Source: Polyangiaceae bacterium (GTDB lineage Bacteria > Myxococcota_A > Polyangia > Polyangiales > Polyangiaceae). From it: a stretch of DNA of 13,576 nucleotides. Under the pieces are notes generated by a model. The model ran no database searches and had not been told where the DNA came from. It saw nothing but the letters and a program-made list of their open reading frames with translations. Of the stretch, positions 7,387 through 13,576 are shown in pieces (positions within the stretch are counted from its first letter, which is position 1; each line of letters starts with the position of its first letter). Made by a program: the position numbers and the translations under genes. The stretch lies in NCBI GenBank assembly GCA_033763455.1, contig JANRKO010000071.1, forward strand, positions 1 through 13,576, read 5' to 3'.

Positions 7387-10300
7387 AAGAGTTCGACGGG
7401 TCCGTGCAGTTATCAGCGACCGACGTTGCGGATCTCTCCGCGTGTGGCCATCTCGTGACCCTCGAAGTGGACGCGATGCGCGGGCGACGGGTACGCCCAA
7501 ACACCTACAGTGCGGTGACCACCCGCCTCATCAAGCTCGGCGATGATCACGAACGCGCGTATCTCGATAACTTGAAGACGCAAGGCAAGACGGTCGAAGA
7601 GCTCAACTCCAAGATATCCCAGGAAGATGGCGCCGCACGCACCCTCGACGCCATGAAGCGTGGCGCTGATGTCATTTACCAAGGGGTACTCCACGGAAAT
7701 GGGTGGTTTGGTCGCGCTGACTTTCTCGTTCGAGTGGAGACGCCCAGCTTGCTCGGCCAGCACTCCTACGAGGTGTTCGACACAAAGCTGTCGCGCGAGG
7801 CCAAAGGGCGGGCACTGATCCAGCTTTGCCTCTACTCGCAGCTCCTCGAAGCAGCCCAAGGGGTTCTCCCCGAATTCATGCACATCGTGCTTGGTGACGG
7901 AACCGAACAGCGTTTCGCCACCCGGAGCTACCTGGCCTACTTCCGTCGCGTGGCGTCGGACGTGAAGGGTGCGGTCTCGTCGGCGGCGTTGGCAACTTAC
8001 CCGAGCCCGATCGAACATTGCGACATCTGCCATTGGGCGGAATCCTGCGAAAAGCAGCTTCGAGACGATGACGATCTCAGCCTCGTGGCTGGCCTTACCT
8101 CGCGGCACCGAGAACAACTTCGACAAGCGGGAATTGCCACGCTCACGGCTCTCGGATCTCTCCCACGAACGAAGGCCGTCGCTAATATCGCTCCCCTCTC
8201 GCTCGACCGAATTCGCGAGCAAGCGCGGATTCAAGGCGCTGGCAGAGCGGAGGGGCGCGTCATCTATGAGCTTCTCGACGAAACCGACGCCAACCGAGGC
8301 CTGCTCATTTTGCCCGAGCCATCGCCGGGCGATTTGTTTGTGGACATTGAAGGTGATCCGCTCGTTCTTGAGGGGGGCATCGAGTACCTCATTGGTGTGA
8401 TCGAGGCGGGCCCAGAACGTGGACGTTTCACGGCTTTCTGGGGGACCGACCGTGCCAAGGAGAAGCGTGCCTTCGAAGACTTTATGCAGTTCGTGCGAGA
8501 GCGCCGCGCCCAAGATCCGAATCTTCACCTCTATCACTACGCGCCGTACGAGCCCACCGCGTTTAGGCGGCTCGCAGCAAGGCACAATACCTGCGAGGAC
8601 GAGCTCGACGATCTCCTTCGCGGTAAGGTGTTTGTCGATCTTTATCGAGTGATTCGGCAGGGGGTGCGCGCGTCTGTCGAGAGCTACTCGATCAAGAAGA
8701 TGGAGGCCCTCTACAGATTCTCGAGAAGGGCGAGCCTTCGAGACGCGGGGGTCTGCCTTGTGGCAATGGCCACTTGGTTTGACCGGAGGACAACCGAGGA
8801 GCCACCAGCTGAGCTCATTGCCACGATTGCGGCCTACAATGAGGATGACTGCGCTTCTACGTTGGCTCTGCGAGACTGGCTTGAGGAGCGCAGACATGAA
8901 CTCCAAACGAAGGCGGGGAGGATATTCGCTCGACCTGAGCCCGGCGAGGTAGCGTCCGAAAAGCAAGAGCTGCGCGCGGCCGAGGTGGAGGCTCTTGAAC
9001 GAGAGCTCACGGCATCGATACCTGACGATGCGACCCTTCGTTCAGCCGAGCAACAAGCGCAGTGGCTTCTCGCGCAGCTCCTAGATTGGCATCGCCGCGA
9101 GGACAAGTCCGTGTGGTCGGAGTTCTTTCGTCAGTGCGAGCTGTCGGATGAAGACCTTGTTGAAGATCCCGCGCCGCTCGGTGGGCTTGTGTACGAAGGG
9201 GAAGCCGGCAAGGAGAAGAAATCCACCCTCCACCGCTATCGCTTCCCTCCCCAGGAGTTCGGGATTGCCCAGGCGCACGACCTCGTGGACCCACGAACAC
9301 GAGAAAGATCAGGCTCGCTGCACACCCTAAATGAGGAGGACTGCACCATCGTCCTCAAGCGCGGTCCCAGTCTTAGCCAAAAGCCGCACCCTTCAGCATT
9401 AATCGAGAAGGACATCGTCGGTACGAGCGAGCAGAAGGCGAGCCTGATGCGCCTCGGAGGATGGGTCGCCAAAAACGGGATGAACTCGCGGCCAGGTGAC
9501 TTCCGCACCGAGCGCGCATTTCTCATGCGAGAGCCTCCTGTTATTCCTTCGGGCGTCCGCATTGAAGACGCGCGAACCGCCGAGGAGATGGTCGAGATCG
9601 GCAAGCAGCTCGCTCTCGCCGTTGACGGGTCGGTACTCCCGGTACAGGGGCCTCCGGGCGCGGGGAAAACTCACCTTGGCGCCGAGATGATTGTCGCGCT
9701 CGTTCGCGCGGGTAAGCGAGTGGGCATCGTTGCGAACAGCCACAAAGTCATCGGGAAGCTTCTCAAGGAAGCGTGCAAGTTAGCGGAGAATCAGCGAGCG
9801 CGTCTCAACTGCATTCAGAAAACGGACGACGACGAGCCGGTTCACGAATTTGTCACGAATGCAAAGACCAACGCGGACGTTGTGGAGAGCCTTGAGGCAG
9901 GTGCGAACGTGGCTGCGGGCACCGCCTGGCTCTGGTCCCGGGAAGAGATGAAGGGCGCCGTCGATGTGCTCTTTGTGGATGAAGCGGGCCAGATCTCGCT
10001 GGCTAATGTGGTAGCGTGCGCCCAAGCGGCGAACGGCCTCGTGCTCCTAGGTGACCCGCAGCAGCTCGACCAGCCTCTCAAGGGCGTGCATCCCCCCGGA
10101 GCGGAGGTTTCAGCTCTTGGTCACATGCTGGGTGGGCGAGCAACACTCGACGCCAATACCGGAATTTTTCTAGGCGAAACGTGGCGAATGCATCCCGCTG
10201 TGTGCGCCTACGTCTCCGAAGTGTTCTACGAGGCGAGGCTCAGTGCTCGAGCAAATCTTTCAGAGCAGAAGGTCAACGCAACGGGGCTCTTCGGTGGTGT

Positions 10301-10784
10301 CGGCCTGCGCTTCATAGGAGTCGAACACCGTGGCAACACGAACGAGTCAGCCGAAGAGGCCAAGCACATCGGCAAGCTGGTGACCGAGCTCCTCACCTCG
10401 GGGGCGACGTGGACAAGCAAGGATGGCAAGGATGCGCGACTGACTCCCGAAGACGTGCTCGTCATCACACCCTACAACGCGCAGGTCGCGGAGCTTCGTA
10501 AACACCTGCCACACAACGTAGCCGTGGGGACGGTAGACAAGTTTCAAGGTCAGGAAGCCCCCATCGCGATCTACTCGCTCGCGACTTCCTCGCCAGAAGA
10601 CGCGCCGCGGGGAATGGAGTTTCTCTACAGCAAGAATCGCCTCAACGTGGCGATCTCCCGAGCACGTTGCGTTTCGGTGGTTGTCGGAAATCCCTCTCTC
10701 TTTCGCGTCCAGTGCAAGACTCCAAGACACATGGAGCTCGCCAATGCCTTCTGCCGCTTCTTCGAGCTCGCGGAGCGGGGGTGA
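7383..10784 (+). CDS. TM0106-family RecB/Cas4-like nuclease + RNase H-like DEDD exonuclease + DNA2/UPF1-like SF1B helicase (1133 aa)
   Basis: Nuclease: GRADFLVR...YEVFDTKL...QLCLY, with Cys in SACGH and CDICHWAESC. Exonuclease: FVDIEG, YHYAPYE, YNEDD. Helicase: QGPPGAGKT, VDEAGQ, LLGDPQQL, TWRMHP, VITPYNAQV, TVDKFQGQE, NRLNVAISRA. ATGA overlap with the EVE gene. Confidence 0.9.
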   Translation: MKEFDGSVQLSATDVADLSACGHLVTLEVDAMRGRRVRPNTYSAVTTRLIKLGDDHERAYLDNLKTQGKTVEELNSKISQEDGAARTLDAMKRGADVIYQGVLHGNGWFGRADFLVRVETPSLLGQHSYEVFDTKLSREAKGRALIQLCLYSQLLEAAQGVLPEFMHIVLGDGTEQRFATRSYLAYFRRVASDVKGAVSSAALATYPSPIEHCDICHWAESCEKQLRDDDDLSLVAGLTSRHREQLRQAGIATLTALGSLPRTKAVANIAPLSLDRIREQARIQGAGRAEGRVIYELLDETDANRGLLILPEPSPGDLFVDIEGDPLVLEGGIEYLIGVIEAGPERGRFTAFWGTDRAKEKRAFEDFMQFVRERRAQDPNLHLYHYAPYEPTAFRRLAARHNTCEDELDDLLRGKVFVDLYRVIRQGVRASVESYSIKKMEALYRFSRRASLRDAGVCLVAMATWFDRRTTEEPPAELIATIAAYNEDDCASTLALRDWLEERRHELQTKAGRIFARPEPGEVASEKQELRAAEVEALERELTASIPDDATLRSAEQQAQWLLAQLLDWHRREDKSVWSEFFRQCELSDEDLVEDPAPLGGLVYEGEAGKEKKSTLHRYRFPPQEFGIAQAHDLVDPRTRERSGSLHTLNEEDCTIVLKRGPSLSQKPHPSALIEKDIVGTSEQKASLMRLGGWVAKNGMNSRPGDFRTERAFLMREPPVIPSGVRIEDARTAEEMVEIGKQLALAVDGSVLPVQGPPGAGKTHLGAEMIVALVRAGKRVGIVANSHKVIGKLLKEACKLAENQRARLNCIQKTDDDEPVHEFVTNAKTNADVVESLEAGANVAAGTAWLWSREEMKGAVDVLFVDEAGQISLANVVACAQAANGLVLLGDPQQLDQPLKGVHPPGAEVSALGHMLGGRATLDANTGIFLGETWRMHPAVCAYVSEVFYEARLSARANLSEQKVNATGLFGGVGLRFIGVEHRGNTNESAEEAKHIGKLVTELLTSGATWTSKDGKDARLTPEDVLVITPYNAQVAELRKHLPHNVAVGTVDKFQGQEAPIAIYSLATSSPEDAPRGMEFLYSKNRLNVAISRARCVSVVVGNPSLFRVQCKTPRHMELANAFCRFFELAERG

Positions 10785-10891
10785 TGAGTTTGGCGATGCA
10801 GGTGTCCGACAAACCCGTCTGCCCCCCGGGAATCGACCACAAAAGCGAGCTTCGAAGAAGCGAGCTTGTGACCGAGACCCGTCGACTCACC

Positions 10892-10910
10892 ACGCCAGCG
10901 AAGCTGGCGT
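10892..10910. terminator. GC-rich hairpin adjacent to the tmRNA/tRNA 3' fragment (possible terminator)
   Basis: ACGCCAGC-GAA-GCTGGCGT, a perfect 8-bp stem. There is no clear U-tract. Confidence 0.35.
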
Positions 10911-10937
10911 TGGTGGAGGCGCCGGGAATCGAACCCG
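10911..10937 (-). repeat. 3'-end fragment of tmRNA (ssrA) or a tRNA; likely attachment (att) site of an integrative element
   Basis: Minus strand reads CGGGTTCGATTCCCGGCGCCTCCACCA: T-arm (CGGG-TTCGATT-CCCG), acceptor 3' strand and CCA. The CTCCACCA ending is typical of tmRNA (also tRNA-Ala). I found no matching 5' half upstream. Confidence 0.75.
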
Positions 10938-10964
10938 CCTGAACAAGCACGAATCTCGCTGAAC

Positions 10965-11285
10965 TTGTACGAAATTGAAGGAAACGGGGAGAACGCTGAC
11001 GGCTCGAATTCCAGCGGTTTCCGCCGGACTCCCGCAGCTCATGGCGCGCGACATGAGCGCGCGATAGCGACAGCGTACCTCCTGGCGATGGCCGCCGGAG
11101 AGTCGGAGGCGAAGCAGGAGGCCCTAGCGATAAGCCTCGCGCGGGCAGTGGTCGCGGCCCTGAGGTTTCGTTTGGCGCTCGAGGTGCTCGCCGGTGGTGT
11201 GGAGGCGCACGCCAACGCGCTTGAGCTCGCCCAAGAGGTGTTGTGCCTTGCGGCCGCCGGCGAGGGCGCCGCAAGGGAAGAGTAG
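10965..11285 (+). CDS. Hypothetical Ala-rich helical protein next to the att site
   Basis: 106-aa ORF with a protein-like C-terminal half (RLALEVLAGGVEAHANALELAQEVL). The start is uncertain and I recognise no family. Confidence 0.35.
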   Translation: MYEIEGNGENADGSNSSGFRRTPAAHGARHERAIATAYLLAMAAGESEAKQEALAISLARAVVAALRFRLALEVLAGGVEAHANALELAQEVLCLAAAGEGAAREE

Positions 11286-11307
11286 GGGAGGGTGTGTGCG
11301 TGTTCCA

Positions 11308-11322
11308 GCCTAAATTTTAGGC
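11308..11322. promoter_or_regulatory. Palindromic putative operator in an AT-rich spacer
   Basis: GCCTAAA-T-TTTAGGC, perfect 7-bp arms, about 30 nt upstream of the ATG at 11352. Confidence 0.4.
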
Positions 11323-11351
11323 GTTTTAACAACAGAAATGGAGAAATTGGT

Positions 11352-11681
11352 ATGACCAAAAAAAGTAAATCAAACCCATCGGAAACACCCACTGCGGAGC
11401 AACTCGATTGGGTTGCGCTCACTCGTAACCTGGAGGAGCTCCACGGAGGGGGCGAGCGCGCGATCCCGACATGGAGCCCGCCTCCTGCAGAACCTGTGCC
11501 TGGACAAGAGCCGCGTGAGGCGGCGGCGGTGCGACCGAGTGGGACGATACCTCTGACGGGCCTCGGCCTTGCGGCAGCGTTCATTGGCTGCGCGTCGCTG
11601 TTCCTCAGGCAAACCGCGCCGTGGGATCCGCGTGTCGAGCGGCACCGGCGCCATAACGGAAAGTTTAGGCGTTGGTGGTAA
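11352..11681 (+). CDS. Hypothetical single-pass membrane protein (109 aa)
   Basis: GGAG at 11340-11343 before ATG 11352. Pro-rich linker, hydrophobic segment IPLTGLGLAAAFIGCASLFL, and a basic C-terminus. Confidence 0.5.
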   Translation: MTKKSKSNPSETPTAEQLDWVALTRNLEELHGGGERAIPTWSPPPAEPVPGQEPREAAAVRPSGTIPLTGLGLAAAFIGCASLFLRQTAPWDPRVERHRRHNGKFRRWW

Positions 11682-11713
11682 CTTGAAGCCGCGAGTGGCT
11701 GCCTGGAGACCTT

Positions 11714-11743
11714 GCTCCGCAGGCATTCAAGTGCCTGCGGAGT
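11714..11743. other. Strong intergenic hairpin
   Basis: CTCCGCAGGCA-TTCAAG-TGCCTGCGGAG, a perfect 11-bp stem plus a flanking G-U pair. Confidence 0.6.
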
Positions 11744-11853
11744 GGGGGTGCGCATTCGCTCGGCCGCACCACGTTGCGGCAGAACTAAGTGCTCTCTTGG
11801 ATGCCGCGGTAGCGGTGTTGATGTCGCCCCTTTGATGACACGGAGTATTTGAG

Positions 11854-12138
11854 ATGTATTGGCGCCAAGAACAATTGCTTTTGGAACAGCTCGGCCCGCT
11901 CGACTCCCGGCGCTTATCGCGCTTGAAGTTTGCGACGGCGACGTTGGTGGCGGGTTGGACGCTCTTGGCCCTGACCGGGGTTTCCACAATCTATGTGGCC
12001 GTGATGCCGGCCCTGTTCATATTGGCACTTGTGGTCGCAGCGGGGCTGATTGTTGCGGGAACTATCGCGTACATGCTAGCGCGACCCGCCGCTCGGCGAC
12101 TTGTGTGGCCGCCAGGGCTCCAGGGTGCGACGGCTTGA
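11854..12138 (+). CDS. Hypothetical small membrane protein (94 aa, about 2 TM segments)
   Basis: GGAG at 11842-11845. A long hydrophobic core (FATATLVAGWTLLALTGVSTIYVAVMPALFILALVVAAGLIVAGTIAYML) is flanked by Arg-rich segments. It ends 6 nt from the convergent CDF stop. Confidence 0.55.
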   Translation: MYWRQEQLLLEQLGPLDSRRLSRLKFATATLVAGWTLLALTGVSTIYVAVMPALFILALVVAAGLIVAGTIAYMLARPAARRLVWPPGLQGATA

Positions 12139-12144
12139 AGCTCG

Positions 12145-12747
12145 TTAGGAAAGACGTCTGACTTGGCGCGCTTCCGCCAAAATCTCCCTCGCTACGTGGC
12201 ACACGTACAGTCCGATGAGCAAACCGATGACAAGATCGGGATAGCGAGTGTTCGTGAGCGTCACGAGCACGCCGGAAACGACGACGCCGATATTGGCGAC
12301 CACGTCCGCACGAGTGAATATTCAGCTAGCTCTCAAGTTAACGTCACCCGTGCGCAAAGGCGTGAGCATCCGTAGCACGGTAATATTCACCACTAGTGAA
12401 ATCAACGACACAGCGATCATCCACCCGCCCTCAGGCTGGCTCCCAAACCAAGCCCGACGCCCCACTTCGAGGAGCACACCTAGGCCCAACAGGAGCAACA
12501 TGCTTCCACTAGCAAAGGCCGCGCTGGCCTTGAAGCGAGCCGTCCGACCGATCGCCACCAGCCCTATCGCGTAGGCACTCGCATCCGAGAGCATATCCAA
12601 AGCGTCCGCAATCAAGCCAGTCGAGTGCGCAATCCAACCCGCTACACTGCCCACGATCGCCATAGCGGCGTTGAGGGCAAGCGCGATCCACAGCACGCGC
12701 CGCTCTGTGGAATTTTTCGCTTCGTGCTGGCAGCCACACTCACTCAT
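12145..12747 (-). pseudogene. Cation diffusion facilitator (CDF) transporter, short type lacking the cytoplasmic CTD, interrupted by an in-frame TGA at 12324-12322
   Basis: MSECGCQH...RVLWIALALN...STGLIADALDMLSD...VNLRAS*IFTRADVVANIGVVVSGVLVTLTNTRYPDLVIGLLIGLY...EARQVRRLS* (TAA at 12147-12145). It would be 200 aa if read through. Family members read LRA(S/T)WIFTRAD at the stop. Confidence 0.85.
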
Positions 12748-12751
12748 TGTT

Positions 12752-13576
<825 letters not shown>

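Noticed and set aside
7383..8100. CRISPR-Cas locus suggested by the Cas4-like domain
   Set aside because: No repeat-spacer array or other cas genes are visible in the window.
7413..8966. 517-aa minus-strand ORF
   Set aside because: Antisense shadow of the TM0106 helicase gene with no recognisable motifs, common in GC-rich DNA.
10860..11010. Complete tRNA or tmRNA gene
   Set aside because: Only the last 27 nt are recognisable. I found no D-arm, anticodon arm or complementary 5' acceptor strand.
10642..11989. 210-aa and 316-aa minus-strand ORFs
   Set aside because: Arg/Pro/Ser-rich non-protein-like composition. They overlap better supported plus-strand ORFs, and the 210-aa one also crosses the att site.
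12131..12150. Possible second attC half (CGGCTTGAAGCTCGTTAGGA)
   Set aside because: There is no matching R''/L'' half upstream, and it overlaps the stop codons of two convergent genes.

Overview
GC-rich bacterial accessory region that reads as a defence and mobile-element hotspot next to a heavy-metal resistance module. Left: the 3' part of an Rpn/DUF4351 gene with a likely internal antitoxin start, a DUF559 nuclease remnant, a lone attC-like site, and a minus-strand pair of a PD-(D/E)xK polymorphic-toxin tip and its putative immunity gene. An apparently intact IS3-family element (2109-3371, no target-site duplication) removes the 5' ends of both neighbouring genes. Centre: a tightly coupled three-gene candidate defence operon made of an MmeI/YeeA-like amino-methyltransferase (5'-truncated, in-frame TGA), an EVE + PD-(D/E)xK nuclease, and a TM0106-type Cas4/RecB-like nuclease + DEDD exonuclease + SF1B helicase. 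Right: a tmRNA/tRNA 3'-end fragment (likely att site), small hypothetical ORFs (two with membrane segments) around a structured intergenic region, and the minus-strand end of a CzcA/CusA RND - TlpA thioredoxin - short CDF operon. Two unrelated genes each carry an in-frame TGA where homologues have Trp. Family calls come from motif recognition by eye, not database searches.
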